The position numbers and the translations under genes were made by a program. Below the pieces are notes generated by a model. That model was given only the letters and a program-made list of their open reading frames with translations, searched no databases and had not been told where the DNA came from. From a virus (Duplodnaviria; Heunggongvirae; Uroviricota; Caudoviricetes): a DNA stretch of 33,426 nt. The stretch lies in the IMG/VR virus record IMGVR_UViG_2579778982_000017; one strand, given 5' to 3'. Shown one piece after another: positions 22,638 through 33,090 of the stretch. The stretch's first letter is position 1, and every line of letters begins with the position of its first letter.

Positions 22638-25430
22638 ATGGCCAGCAATAAGAACTTTAAGCTGGCTTTTGAAATTGGCGGCAAAGTTGCCGCCTCTCTC
22701 CCCAAAAGTTTTACTACAGCTAATCAGGCTGTTGCTAAATTAAATGCCGAGCTTGCTGGATTAACGAAAGAACATGGGGAAATTCAAAAGCTACAATCTG
22801 TAAAAGTAAAGGTTGGACAGACTGCCCTCGAATATCATAAAGCTGCCGCTCGCGTTGAAGAGTTACAGAAGCAAATAAAAAACACGGCCAATCCAACCAG
22901 AGCGATGCTTCGTGACTTTGAGAAGGCAAAAACACATTCATCAAATTTACGAGCATCACTACGTTCTCAGCGTGAAGAACTGGCCGCTTTAAAGTCTGCG
23001 TATCAGGGAGCTGATACATCTGCCAGAGCTTTGGCCTCAAGAGAGAAAGAGCTTAAAGCAAGCATTGATCGTAATCGTGAGGCTCAGGCCCGTAGCGTTG
23101 AGCAGGTTAACCGCTACAGAACAGCTTTGGCTTTAGCCAGAGCAAATGTTCAGCAAGTGAAAAAACAGCAGGAGGAACTTAACCGGGCATTAGAAAAACA
23201 ACGTATTGATAAAATTAACAGCTATAAAAATGCGTTGGCTGAAGCACGGAAAAATGTTCTTGCAGTAAAACGTGCTCAGGAGGAGTTAAACCGCGCGTTG
23301 GAAAGGCAGCGTGAATTGAAGCGAGAGCATCTTGGTGAGGCAAAGAGTCAACTTGTAAGGTCAGGATTACAAACTGGTGCTGTAGCGGCTGGTGCATTTG
23401 CTGCTGCTAACAATGCAGCAAATTTCAATCGTGAAAACAAAATGATTGGTCTTACGGCAGATATGAAGCCGGAAGAAGTTCAGGCGATGGGGCAGGCGAT
23501 GCTTGTTACCGGAACGGCCACCAACCAGTTTGCATCTGATATTCAGGCCGCTCAGGGTTTTCTCGTCGCTGCTGGGCAGGATTATAAAGAGGCTCAGGCG
23601 AATCTACTAACTATTGGGCGAACAGCTACAGCTACTGGCTCTGATATCCTCGATGTCTCGAAAGCATCATTTACATTAAGTGACTCATTGAAGATTGATC
23701 CATCTCAAATGAAGTCTGCAATGGGGATTCTGGTTCAGGCAGGGAAAGAGGGAAACTTTGAATTTAAAGATATGGCCAAAAATCTTCCTGTGCTTGGTGC
23801 TCAGTTCCAGGCATTAAAAATGGGAGGTAAAGAAGCCGCCGCGACGATGGGGGCAGCTTTGCAGATAGCTCGCAAAGGTGCTGCAACTTCGGATGAGGCT
23901 GCTAATAATATGAACAACTTTTTGGCGAAAATACTTTCCCCTGAAACACTAAAAAAAGCAAAGAAAAATTTCGGTGTAGATTTATATAAAATTGTCACAA
24001 CAGCGCAGAAAAAAGGGAAGAATCCATTCGAAGCTGCAATGCATTCTGTCATGAAAATGACTAAGAACGGAGATCAGAAGTTACTTGGTGAGCTATTTGG
24101 CGATATGCAGGTTCAGAACTTTGTTCGTCCGATGATTCAAAACTGGAAGGAATACCAGAGAATCAAAGCAACATCTCTTGGGGCTGGAAGTGCTGTTATT
24201 GACCGCGATTTTGCCAATATAACGAAAGACAATGCGGAGCGATTGAAACAATTACGTATTCAGGCTAGCAATGCATCATTAAGTTTTGGTCAGGCCTTGC
24301 AACCAGCTTTGAATGCCGCGCTTAGTGTTTTGGTTCCGCTGATTACAAAAATTAGTGAATTTGTAGCTAACAACCCCAATTTTGTGTCTCAGATTGTGAT
24401 GGCGGCAGGTGCGTTTCTAACCATGAAAAGTGTGGTTATAGCGTGTAGGGTAGCTATGCTGGCTTTATCTGTAGCGACAAAGCTAACACCCTTCGGGTGG
24501 ATTCAGATGGCTATATCTGCACTGGTTGCCGCAGGAATATTGCTCTATCAGAATTGGGATAAGATCAGAGATTATGCTGTCAGAGTTTGGCCTTCTGTTA
24601 AGGAATATACAGTTAAATCATTTGAGGCTATAAAAAACTTTATCTTAAACTTTGACCTCAATGGATGGATTATATCTATGTTTGGTAAAGCATGGGATTA
24701 TCTTTCCAACATAAACTGGAGTTCGGCAGGAGTAAGAATTTACAGTACATTAATTAGTGCTTTTAAATGGATGTCTCCGCTTCCGTTCTTAATTAAAGCA
24801 TTTAAACTTACAACAAATTACCTTTCTGGCATTAACTGGAGCGAAACAGGAAAGAAAATCATAGATACACTGGTATCTGTTTTTATGCGTTTTTCACCAG
24901 TTGGACTCTTTATAAGAGCATTCCAATCTGTAACGGCTTATTTATCTGGAATAAACTGGAGTGAGTCAGGTGCAAAAATAATTGAGACGTTAATCACTGG
25001 GATAAAATCAAAAGCAAATGCTTTAATTAATGAAGTGAAAGGCGTTTTTTCTTCTGTACGTGAGTATTTACCGTTCTCTGACGCGAAAAAAGGTCCATTC
25101 TCACAGCTAACAAAGTCAGGTGGTGCAATAATGACTACTCTGGCATCAGGTGTTAGCAGGAATAACAGCTTACAAAATGCAATAGCAACCAAGTTCGGGC
25201 AATCAAATTTATCACCTCACGGGATATCTGCCGCCGGGACTTCTGGACCTCGCCAGAACGTTAACGCTGTGACTGGTGGAATAACCTATTCACCTGTAAT
25301 CAATCTTCCGGCTGGTTCACCAAAGGAAACTGAGGCGGCAGCTAAAAGAGCATTAGATGCTGGATATTCTGATTTTGAGAAGAAATTGAGTGCTCATATG
25401 TTCCAACAACGGAGATTAAGTTTTGGATGA
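22638..25430 (+). CDS. Tail tape measure protein
   Basis: 930 aa, Ala/Gln-rich coiled-coil N-terminal half, hydrophobic middle, internal tandem repeats (YLSGINWSE..GxKII.TL three times). Confidence 0.85.
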   Translation: MASNKNFKLAFEIGGKVAASLPKSFTTANQAVAKLNAELAGLTKEHGEIQKLQSVKVKVGQTALEYHKAAARVEELQKQIKNTANPTRAMLRDFEKAKTHSSNLRASLRSQREELAALKSAYQGADTSARALASREKELKASIDRNREAQARSVEQVNRYRTALALARANVQQVKKQQEELNRALEKQRIDKINSYKNALAEARKNVLAVKRAQEELNRALERQRELKREHLGEAKSQLVRSGLQTGAVAAGAFAAANNAANFNRENKMIGLTADMKPEEVQAMGQAMLVTGTATNQFASDIQAAQGFLVAAGQDYKEAQANLLTIGRTATATGSDILDVSKASFTLSDSLKIDPSQMKSAMGILVQAGKEGNFEFKDMAKNLPVLGAQFQALKMGGKEAAATMGAALQIARKGAATSDEAANNMNNFLAKILSPETLKKAKKNFGVDLYKIVTTAQKKGKNPFEAAMHSVMKMTKNGDQKLLGELFGDMQVQNFVRPMIQNWKEYQRIKATSLGAGSAVIDRDFANITKDNAERLKQLRIQASNASLSFGQALQPALNAALSVLVPLITKISEFVANNPNFVSQIVMAAGAFLTMKSVVIACRVAMLALSVATKLTPFGWIQMAISALVAAGILLYQNWDKIRDYAVRVWPSVKEYTVKSFEAIKNFILNFDLNGWIISMFGKAWDYLSNINWSSAGVRIYSTLISAFKWMSPLPFLIKAFKLTTNYLSGINWSETGKKIIDTLVSVFMRFSPVGLFIRAFQSVTAYLSGINWSESGAKIIETLITGIKSKANALINEVKGVFSSVREYLPFSDAKKGPFSQLTKSGGAIMTTLASGVSRNNSLQNAIATKFGQSNLSPHGISAAGTSGPRQNVNAVTGGITYSPVINLPAGSPKETEAAAKRALDAGYSDFEKKLSAHMFQQRRLSFG

Positions 25431-25641
25431 TTACAGAACGGTTCAAGGGGACTCATGGGATAGTATCGCGTTAAAGTTGTATGGTAATGAGTACCTGTCT
25501 TATCTTCTTATTGATGCTAATACTGAGCACCGCTTCACGGTGCTTTTTTCTGCGGGAATTATTCTTAAAGTTCCTGATGCTCCGGTTATGCCAATATCAG
25601 TAAACAATTTGCCTCCGTGGAGACGCAATAGTGTTACGTAA
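25423..25641 (+). CDS. Tail protein X (P2 gpX-like, LysM-type)
   Basis: 72 aa; TVQGDSWDSIALKLYG then DAN...LKVPD parallels the P2 gpX pattern; overlaps the tape measure end. Confidence 0.65.
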   Translation: MDDYRTVQGDSWDSIALKLYGNEYLSYLLIDANTEHRFTVLFSAGIILKVPDAPVMPISVNNLPPWRRNSVT

Positions 25642-26632
25642 AACGCTTTTTGATGTTATATATCAGAATGTAAATATTACCGCTCATATGTCACCTGATG
25701 TTTTGTCAATGTCTTATACAGATAATGAAGATGGTCAGGTCGATGATATTTCTATTATATTAAAAAATGATGATGGGAAATGGTCTGGAGACTGGACACC
25801 TAAAAAGGGTGATTTTATTGATTTGAGCTTTAAGCCTATAAATCAAATCGTCCTTGAGTGCGGGAAATTCCAGGTAGATGGCATAACTTGCTCTGGACCA
25901 CCTTCTGTTGTTGAGGTGACTGCTGTTTCTGTTCCTGTTTCATCAGGCATTAGACGTGATTTAAAAAGTAATGCATGGGAAAAAACAACTCTTAAAGATA
26001 TAGCAACTTCTATAGCTAAATTAGCTAACCTTGAACTGTTGTTTCTTATTGATGGTGATAGTAATCCATATTATGCGCGTGAAGATCAAATGGAGGAAAG
26101 CGATTTAAAATTTCTCCATCGACTTTGCCAGGATGAAGGGTTGTCGTTAAAGGTCACTGATAGCCAATTAATAATATTTGCTCAAGAGATGTTTGAGCAA
26201 AAAGATCCTATCGCTACGCTTACGTTAGGTATTGATGAGATAATCAGATATAGCTTTAGCACACAATCTACAGATTTGTATAAAAGTTGCACGTGCAAAT
26301 ATCGCGTACCTAAAAAAAGAAAGTCGCTTTCGTATACTTGGGTAGATCCATCCGTAGAAGAAGGGTCGAATCTTAAGATAAGAAAACTGGTAGCTAATTT
26401 AGATGAAGCAAAACGTAAGGCAAAGGCTGCTTTGCGGCTTAAAAATAGATATCAAAATACAGGATCTTTAGTATTGGTTGGAGACACCAGATTGGTAGCT
26501 GGTGTAACTATAAATCTGGACGGATTCGGTTCATTTTCTGGAAAATATCTTATATCGAAAGCTGTGCATTCAATTGGGGGTAGTGGTTATACCACCTCGA
26601 TTGATGTCCGAAGAGTAATTAATGGGTATTAA
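25631..26632 (+). CDS. Tail protein D (P2 gpD-like)
   Basis: 333 aa following the X-like gene, as in P2-like and R-pyocin tail modules (U-X-D); GTG start as in the track. Confidence 0.6.
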   Translation: MLRKTLFDVIYQNVNITAHMSPDVLSMSYTDNEDGQVDDISIILKNDDGKWSGDWTPKKGDFIDLSFKPINQIVLECGKFQVDGITCSGPPSVVEVTAVSVPVSSGIRRDLKSNAWEKTTLKDIATSIAKLANLELLFLIDGDSNPYYAREDQMEESDLKFLHRLCQDEGLSLKVTDSQLIIFAQEMFEQKDPIATLTLGIDEIIRYSFSTQSTDLYKSCTCKYRVPKKRKSLSYTWVDPSVEEGSNLKIRKLVANLDEAKRKAKAALRLKNRYQNTGSLVLVGDTRLVAGVTINLDGFGSFSGKYLISKAVHSIGGSGYTTSIDVRRVINGY

Positions 26633-26634
26633 TT

Positions 26635-27255
26635 ATGAATGATTTAGAAACATTATTACGTCAGACTATAAGAGTTGGCGTTGTTTCTGATATTGATGAT
26701 GGTGATGTTACAGCAAGAGTTACTTTCGATGATCAGGATAACGTCACTTCGGCAAAGTTATCAGTTATTGTGAAAAATACGGATAAGAATGCTGATTACT
26801 GGATGCCAGATATTGGTGAGCAAGTTTTGTGTATCTTTCATCCCGCAGGGCCGCAACAAGGTTTTATTCTTGGTAGTTTTTATGATGAAACACAGAAGCC
26901 ACCATCTAATACGGTTAATAAACGCGTCATTAGATTTAATAACGGAACTCGTATTGAGGTAGACAGAGAATCTAATTTACTCCTTGTTGATGCTGTCGGA
27001 GATGTAACCGTTAAGGCTACAGGAACCGTAACTATTGATGCTCCAGAAACCATCATTACCGGAAATGCTACAGTTGAAGGATTACTAACCTTCAAAGGTG
27101 GAATGAAAGGATCTTCTGCTGGAGGTGTTGCAGCTACAATTTCTGGGGATGTTAAGGTTGTTGGTGGTGATATAGATGTTGATGGGATTAAATCTAAAGG
27201 CCACCATCACACAGCTCAGGGGGAATACGCTCCGACAACGGAGGCTCAGGCATGA
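26635..27255 (+). CDS. Baseplate spike / assembly protein V (P2 gpV-like)
   Basis: 206 aa; GEQVL, LTFKGG and C-terminal KSKGHHHT resemble P2 gpV features as I recall them. Confidence 0.75.
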   Translation: MNDLETLLRQTIRVGVVSDIDDGDVTARVTFDDQDNVTSAKLSVIVKNTDKNADYWMPDIGEQVLCIFHPAGPQQGFILGSFYDETQKPPSNTVNKRVIRFNNGTRIEVDRESNLLLVDAVGDVTVKATGTVTIDAPETIITGNATVEGLLTFKGGMKGSSAGGVAATISGDVKVVGGDIDVDGIKSKGHHHTAQGEYAPTTEAQA

Positions 27256-27719
27256 TTGTGGGTATGCTTGGTACAATGCCTTTTGTTGCCTCATCAATAG
27301 TGGTGAATACGTTCAACAATTTTAAAAGGACGTCAAAGCGTCGTGTAGCGCGCCATGATGTTATTGGGCTTAAACCTGTTCTGGAGGATATAGGTCCAGA
27401 TCTGGATGAAGTTAGTTTTAATATGCGGTTGGATACAACACTTGGCATTGTTCCATTGGCTGCGCTTTCATTACTTAGGACAATGCAATCAATTCAGGAA
27501 GTAAATCCTGTTGTAATTGGTATTCAGTATTTTGGTAATTTTATAATTACAGATATAGAGGAATCATGGACTTATTTCGGTCCAACTGGGAATCCACGAG
27601 TGATAATCGTCGGCATTAAATTACAGGAAGTCGGACAGACCTCTCTGAAAGAAGCATTAGTTGATATTGCTGGCAATATAGAGTCAAAAACTAGAAGTGC
27701 GTTAGGTAAATTATTATGA
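27252..27719 (+). CDS. Tail protein, possibly P2 gpU-like
   Basis: 155 aa between V-like and W-like genes; hydrophobic N-terminus MIVGMLGTMPFVAS loosely resembles my recollection of the gpU start. Confidence 0.4.
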   Translation: MIVGMLGTMPFVASSIVVNTFNNFKRTSKRRVARHDVIGLKPVLEDIGPDLDEVSFNMRLDTTLGIVPLAALSLLRTMQSIQEVNPVVIGIQYFGNFIITDIEESWTYFGPTGNPRVIIVGIKLQEVGQTSLKEALVDIAGNIESKTRSALGKLL

Positions 27720-28036
27720 ATAATACGTTTACCATATCATCACCTTCTTACTCGATTGATTGGTCGCCCAAAACAGTTGTAGAAGAAGTTTTGCAAAATG
27801 TCTCTACTATTATTAATACTCAGATTGGCACTGTACCATATGCCAGAAAATTAGGAGTTAATTCAAGTCTTGTTGATAGCCTCAGCCCAATTTTTATTGC
27901 TACAGCAACACGAGAAATAATTCAAAAAATTAGTGAGTTTGAGCCTAGAGCGATTATCCATTCTGTTACTTTTGAAAGAACGGACGTTTCTGATGGTTTT
28001 ATTAGGCCAAAACTTGTGATAGGAGTTAGAGAATGA
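27716..28036 (+). CDS. Baseplate wedge protein (P2 gpW / T4 gp25-like)
   Basis: 106 aa directly upstream of the J-like gene; size and order match the gp25/GPW family. Confidence 0.7.
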   Translation: MNNTFTISSPSYSIDWSPKTVVEEVLQNVSTIINTQIGTVPYARKLGVNSSLVDSLSPIFIATATREIIQKISEFEPRAIIHSVTFERTDVSDGFIRPKLVIGVRE

Positions 28037-29157
28037 CGTTGCCGCGCGGTGGTTTGCCAGATATTACTTTCGCAGATTCTAACCCGACTGATATAACAAC
28101 TCGTTCAATCAGGGCTTTTGAGAGTATAACAGGTGAAACATTAGCACCTGCTGATCCACGTAGATTATTCATCTTATCATTGTGTGAGATTATTATACAG
28201 CAAAGAAAAGCTATCGATTTTTCTGCAAAACAAAACCTTCTTACATATGGTGAAGGTGAATATCTCGACCATATAGGCTATCTGACGGATACGCCTAGGC
28301 TGGAAGCTCAATCTGCCTTGACTACATTTGAGTTTAATCTGTCAACAAAATTATCGGGGATATATACAATACCTGCTGGCACTCAAATTTCAACTGGAAA
28401 TAGTGTTATTTTCCAAACAGATGTTTTGTTGGAAATACCAGCTGGGAAAACAGTTGGTACAGTCTCAGGATATGCTGTTATACCTGGTTTATCGGGGAAT
28501 GGCTTTTTACCAGGGCAAATAAATGAGTTGGTGACTCCGTTGCCGTATGTTTCCAGCGTAAGGAATCTAACAACATCTAATTCTGGTGCTGATACAGAGT
28601 CAGATGATAATTATGCTGAAAGAATAAAACTTTCGCCGGAAAAACTATCTACAGCAGGGCCGGAGGATTCTTATAAATATTGGACAAGAACAGCCAATCA
28701 GAATATAAAAGATGTGAATGTATATACACCATCGCCCGGAACTGTAGAAATCCGTTCTTTGTTAGAGAACGGAGATATACCTTCTGATGAATTATTAGAG
28801 CAGATAAATAGCGTTCTCTCTGCAACTAATATTCGACCATTCACAGATAAAGTTCTTGTTAAGAAACCAGAGAGCGTTGAATACGATATAATAATTAAAT
28901 ACTGGATTAACTCATCGGACAAAAACAGAACAACTTTAATTCAAAGTGAGGTTGAGAAAGCTATTGATGAGTATAAACAATGGCAACGTTCGGTTATGGG
29001 AAGAGATATAAATCCAGATGAAATTATTCAACGTTTAAAAAATGCCGGGGCTAAAAGATTAGAAATATCAAGTCCTGTATTTACTGTGGTTGGAGAGACG
29101 CAGGTCGCCAGAGAGAGAAATATAAATTGCCAGTATGCGGGGTTAGAGGATGGCTGA
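28033..29157 (+). CDS. Baseplate protein J (P2 gpJ-like)
   Basis: 374 aa between the W-like and I-like genes. Confidence 0.7.
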   Translation: MTLPRGGLPDITFADSNPTDITTRSIRAFESITGETLAPADPRRLFILSLCEIIIQQRKAIDFSAKQNLLTYGEGEYLDHIGYLTDTPRLEAQSALTTFEFNLSTKLSGIYTIPAGTQISTGNSVIFQTDVLLEIPAGKTVGTVSGYAVIPGLSGNGFLPGQINELVTPLPYVSSVRNLTTSNSGADTESDDNYAERIKLSPEKLSTAGPEDSYKYWTRTANQNIKDVNVYTPSPGTVEIRSLLENGDIPSDELLEQINSVLSATNIRPFTDKVLVKKPESVEYDIIIKYWINSSDKNRTTLIQSEVEKAIDEYKQWQRSVMGRDINPDEIIQRLKNAGAKRLEISSPVFTVVGETQVARERNINCQYAGLEDG

Positions 29158-29731
29158 TATCTTTAATGTTAGCTTGTTGGATGTTTTACCTCCTAACTTA
29201 GCTAGAGATCCCAACGTGATAGCTATGTCGAAAGCTATCGATGATGAACTACAAGCAATTAACAATTTAATATATAAGACAGAAATATATAGCGTTGTTG
29301 ATAACCTGGATTCAGTTGTTCTCGATCATTTAGCCTGGCAATGGAATGCTGATACATGGAGGGATAGTTGGCCTGTATCGTTAAAGCGTTCTGTTTTTAA
29401 ATCAATAATACGAACAAAGCGAATAAAGGGTACAAGGGCAGCGGTTGAAGATGTAGTAAATAGCTTGGGTGGAGAGGTAAACATAACAGAATGGTTTGAA
29501 ACATCACCACCTGGCGAACCATATACAGCCTCAATTGTTGCTTCGATTAACTCTTTTGATGGTGCCGTTCCTTCGAAAGAGATGTTGGAAGATACGTTAA
29601 GAAGTATCAAGAGCGCAAAGTCGGCAAGAACATTATTTACATTTTCGCAAGCAGCCAATGTTTCTGGTGGTGTCGGTATTGTTGGTGCTTGTCAGCCTGT
29701 GTCTTATGTACGATTAATTGGCGAGTGCTAA
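29150..29731 (+). CDS. Tail protein I (P2 gpI-like)
   Basis: 193 aa; LAWQWNADTWRDSWPVSLKRSVFKSIIRTKRIKGTRAAVEDVVNSLGGEVNITEWFE aligns well with the central P2 gpI region as I recall it. Confidence 0.85.
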   Translation: MADIFNVSLLDVLPPNLARDPNVIAMSKAIDDELQAINNLIYKTEIYSVVDNLDSVVLDHLAWQWNADTWRDSWPVSLKRSVFKSIIRTKRIKGTRAAVEDVVNSLGGEVNITEWFETSPPGEPYTASIVASINSFDGAVPSKEMLEDTLRSIKSAKSARTLFTFSQAANVSGGVGIVGACQPVSYVRLIGEC

Positions 29732-29761
29732 TTCGCAATTTGTTAATTCAAGGAATTAAGC

Positions 29762-31996
29762 GTGAGTAAATTATTATTTACGATGACTGACGCCGGGCGT
29801 CAGGAGCTGATTAATGCCAACAAAACAGGAACAAATAAAGTTGAGATTGTTTCTGTTGGTTTAGGTAGTAGATATTATGTCACGTCAACTTCACAAACAA
29901 ATATAACAAACGAAATAAAACGACTTACCACAATAGGTGGCAAAGTTGTTTCCCCTGATACAATTCATGTAACAGCGAAGGATGATAGTAAAGATGAGTA
30001 CGTTGTCCATACAATAGGATTGTATACGAATAAGGGTACGTTGTTTGCTGTATACTCACAAGAACAAGCAATAATAAATAAAGCATCATCTACTATCGCT
30101 TTAATATCAAGTGATATAGCAATTAAAACTCTTGATACTAAAAATATTACATTTGGTGATATTGAGTTTATTAATCCTCCCGCGACCGAAACTGTTGTTG
30201 GGGTGGCAAGATTTGCTAATGAACAAGAAATTGATGCAGGTACAGATGATTCCCTTGCTGTTTCAGCAAAGCGGCTTAAGCAAGCCATTGTGAAACATGA
30301 GCAATCACGTAATCATCCTGATGCAACTTTAACCTCAAAAGGCTTTGTTCAACTTAGCTGCGCCACCAATAGCACGTCTGAAACGCTTGCTGCGACGCCT
30401 AAGGCTGTTAAGGCAGCATATGACCTGGCTAACGCTAAATACACCGCACAGGACGCTACCACAGCGCGAAAAGGGATTGTTCAGCTCAGTAGTGCCACCA
30501 ACAGCACGTCTGAAACGCTGGCAGCAACACCAAAGGCTGTTAAGGCAGCGTATGATCTTGCGGCCGGAAAGGCTCCGTCCAATCACACGCATTCGTGGGA
30601 GCAGATAACAAATGTGCCTGTAGCTTCACTGACTGTAAGGGGAATAACTCAGCTCAGTAGTGCCACCAACAGCACGTCTGAAACACTGGCCGCGACATCG
30701 AAAGCTGTAAAGGTGGTAATGGATGAAACGAACAAGAAAGCGCCCCTGAACAGTCCGGCGCTGACCGGAACACCAACAACACCAACTGCGCCAAAAGGTA
30801 CTAACAATACTCAGATCGCAAGCACGGCTTATGTTATGGCTGCGATCGCTGCCCTCGTGGACTCGTCGCCTGACGCACTGAATACGCTGAACGAGCTGGC
30901 TGCGGCGTTGGGCAATGACCCGAATTTTGCGACCACCATGACTAACGCGCTTGCGGGTAAGCAACCGAAAGATGCCACCCTGACGGCGCTGGCCGGGCTT
31001 GCTACTGCGGCAGACAGGTTTCCGTATTTTACGGGGAATGATGTCGCCAGCCTGGCAACTCTGACAAAAGTCGGGCGGGATATTCTTGCGAAATCGACCG
31101 TTGCCGCCGTTATCGAATACCTCGGTTTGCAGGAAACGGTAAACAGGGCTGGTAACGCCGTGCAAAAAAATGGCGATACCTTGTCCGGTGGGCTTACTTT
31201 TGAAAATGACTCAATCCTTGCTTGGATTCGAAATACTGACTGGGCGAAGATTGGATTTAAAAATGATGCCGATGGTGACACTGATTCATACATGTGGTTT
31301 GAAACAGGCGACAACGGCAATGAATATTTCAAATGGAGAAGCCGCCAGAGCACCACAACAAAAGACCTGATGACGCTGAAATGGGATGCACTAAATATTC
31401 TGGTAAATGCCGTCATTAATGGCAGTCTTGGAGTTGGTACGACGAATGCGTTAGGTGGTAGCTCTATTGTTCTTGGTGATAATGACACCGGATTTAAACA
31501 GAATGGAGACGGTATTCTGGATGTTTATGCTAATAGTCAGCGTGTATTCCGCTTTCAGAATGGAGTGGCTATTGCTTTTAAAAATATTCAGGCCGGGGAT
31601 GGTAAAAAATTCACGCTATCCAGCTCCAACACCTCCACAAAGAATGCAACGTTTAATTTATGGGGTGCTTCAACCCGTCCAGTAGTTGCAGAGTTAGGCG
31701 ATGAGGCAGGATGGCATTTCTATAGCCAGCGAAATACAGATAACTCGGTAATATTTTCTGTTAACGGTCAGATACAGCCCAGCAACTGGGGGAATTTTGA
31801 TTCACGCTATGTAAAAGATGTTCGCCTGGGTACGCGTGTTGTTCAATTGATGGCGCGTGGTGGTCGTTATGAAAAAGCCGGACACGCAATTACCGGATTA
31901 AGAATCATTGGTGAAGTAGATGGCGATGATGAAGCCATCTTCAGACCAATACAAAAATACATCAATGGCACATGGTATAACGTCGCACAGGTGTAA
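29762..31996 (+). CDS. Tail fibre protein (P2 gpH / Mu S-like) with repeats and an invertible C-terminal portion
   Basis: 744 aa; GTG start as in the track; three copies of the (Q)LS.ATNSTSETLAATPKAVK fibre repeat; C-terminus [14 protein letters not shown]...[14 protein letters not shown] also found in the oppositely oriented partial ORF at the window end. Confidence 0.85.
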   Translation: MSKLLFTMTDAGRQELINANKTGTNKVEIVSVGLGSRYYVTSTSQTNITNEIKRLTTIGGKVVSPDTIHVTAKDDSKDEYVVHTIGLYTNKGTLFAVYSQEQAIINKASSTIALISSDIAIKTLDTKNITFGDIEFINPPATETVVGVARFANEQEIDAGTDDSLAVSAKRLKQAIVKHEQSRNHPDATLTSKGFVQLSCATNSTSETLAATPKAVKAAYDLANAKYTAQDATTARKGIVQLSSATNSTSETLAATPKAVKAAYDLAAGKAPSNHTHSWEQITNVPVASLTVRGITQLSSATNSTSETLAATSKAVKVVMDETNKKAPLNSPALTGTPTTPTAPKGTNNTQIASTAYVMAAIAALVDSSPDALNTLNELAAALGNDPNFATTMTNALAGKQPKDATLTALAGLATAADRFPYFTGNDVASLATLTKVGRDILAKSTVAAVIEYLGLQETVNRAGNAVQKNGDTLSGGLTFENDSILAWIRNTDWAKIGFKNDADGDTDSYMWFETGDNGNEYFKWRSRQSTTTKDLMTLKWDALNILVNAVINGSLGVGTTNALGGSSIVLGDNDTGFKQNGDGILDVYANSQRVFRFQNGVAIAFKNIQAGDGKKFTLSSSNTSTKNATFNLWGASTRPVVAELGDEAGWHFYSQRNTDNSVIFSVNGQIQPSNWGNFDSRYVKDVRLGTRVVQLMARGGRYEKAGHAITGLRIIGEVDGDDEAIFRPIQKYINGTWYNVAQV
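30336..30700 (+). repeat. Three imperfect tandem ~115-130-bp coding repeats inside the tail fibre gene
   Basis: DNA repeats beginning near 30340, 30472 and 30640, each encoding the ATNSTSETLAAT...KAVK unit; they generate the spurious ORFs 30335-30592 (-) and 30345-30608 (+). Confidence 0.8.
31110..31135. other. Candidate site-specific recombination crossover site (gix/cix/hix-like) for a Gin/Cin/Pin/Hin-family invertase
   Basis: TTATCGAATACCTCGGTTTGCAGGAA matches the Mu gix sequence as I recall it (TTATCCAAAACCTCGGTTTACAGGAA) at 23 of 26 positions, with the ACCTCGGTTT core identical; it lies inside the fibre ORF. Confidence 0.6.
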
Positions 31997-31999
31997 ATT

Positions 32000-32533
32000 A
32001 TGCAGCATTTAAAAAATATTAAGTCCGGAAATCCAAAAACAAAAGAACAATATCAGCTAACAAAGAATTTTGATGTTATCTGGTTATGGTCCGAAGACGG
32101 TAAAAACTGGTATGAAGAACAAAAGAACTTTCAGGAAGACACAATAAAGCTAGCTTACACAGCAGAGGGAATTATTGTTGCTATTGATAAGGATGTATCG
32201 GCAATTAATCCAGAAGGTTTAAGCGTTGTTGAGTTGCCTGATATAACAGCCAATAGACGGGCTGATATTTCGGGTAACTGGATGTTCAAAGATGGCGCGG
32301 TGATAAAGCGAACTTATACCGAGGAAGAGCAGCGACAACAAGCGGAAAATGAAAAACAAAGCCTGTTGCAACTTGTCAGGGACAAAACCCAGCTATGGGA
32401 CTCACAGCTACGGCTGGGCATCATTTCCGACGAGAATAAACAAAAATTAACCGAGTGGATGCTCTATGCGCAGAAAGTCGAATCTACAGACACCTCCAGC
32501 CTGCCAGTAACATTTCCCGAACAACCTGAATGA
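32000..32533 (+). CDS. Tail fibre assembly protein (Mu U / P2 gpG / Tfa-like)
   Basis: 177 aa immediately after the fibre gene; paralogue on the opposite strand at 32562-33089. Confidence 0.85.
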   Translation: MQHLKNIKSGNPKTKEQYQLTKNFDVIWLWSEDGKNWYEEQKNFQEDTIKLAYTAEGIIVAIDKDVSAINPEGLSVVELPDITANRRADISGNWMFKDGAVIKRTYTEEEQRQQAENEKQSLLQLVRDKTQLWDSQLRLGIISDENKQKLTEWMLYAQKVESTDTSSLPVTFPEQPE

Positions 32534-32536
32534 GAC

Positions 32537-32564
32537 AAGGCCCGATAGCGGGCCTTAATTTTTA
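32537..32564 (+). terminator. Hairpin between the convergent fibre assembly genes
   Basis: AAGGCCCG-ATAG-CGGGCCTT perfect 8-bp stem followed on the + strand by AATTTTTA. Confidence 0.55.
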
Positions 32565-33089
32565 TTCAGGCTTTTGTGGCCATTCAGGATTTGCCGTATC
32601 CACACGGTTGACCAGAACACTGTAGCGTTCCCATGCTTCCAGTCGTGTGCGTTCCTCGTCTGTTGCCATATTCAGCCTGACAGCGCGTTCCAGCGGCTGG
32701 ATGACTGATTCAGCTTCGGAAAGCAATGCGGCCTTTTGTGATTCAGCTTGTTGTTGCTGTTCGTCTGCCGTATAAATCCGTTTAACCACAGCACCATCCT
32801 TAAACATCCATTTACCTGAGTCGTCAGCACGTCGGTTGGAGGTAATATCAGGAACCTCAACAACGCTAAAACCTTCAGGATTAAGCGTTGAAGCATCTCT
32901 GGTGATAGCGACTATAATCTGATTTTTATCGTAAACAATCTTTATGGTGTCTGGCTGAAAGTTTTTCACTTCCTCATACCAGTTTTTTTCGTCCTCAGAG
33001 TAAAGCCAGATGACTCCGTGCTTCTTTGTTAACTCATACTGTTCCAGTGTTTTAGCATTACCCACTTTTATGTTCTTTAAGTGCATCAT
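32562..33089 (-). CDS. Alternative tail fibre assembly protein (U'-like), inverted orientation
   Basis: 175 aa on the - strand; about half the residues identical by eye to 32000-32533 ([58 protein letters not shown]). Confidence 0.85.
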   Translation of the reverse strand: MMHLKNIKVGNAKTLEQYELTKKHGVIWLYSEDEKNWYEEVKNFQPDTIKIVYDKNQIIVAITRDASTLNPEGFSVVEVPDITSNRRADDSGKWMFKDGAVVKRIYTADEQQQQAESQKAALLSEAESVIQPLERAVRLNMATDEERTRLEAWERYSVLVNRVDTANPEWPQKPE

Positions 33090-33090
33090 A

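Noticed and set aside
30336-30700. Possible CRISPR-like array suggested by regularly spaced repeats
   Set aside because: Repeats are ~115-130 bp, imperfect, contiguous without unique spacers, and lie in frame within a protein-coding gene.
30335-31488. ORFs 30335-30592 (-), 30345-30608 (+), 30626-31165 (-) and 30829-31488 (-) within the tail fibre gene
   Set aside because: Produced by GC-rich tandem coding repeats read in other frames; Arg/Leu-rich artefacts overlapping a confident fibre ORF.
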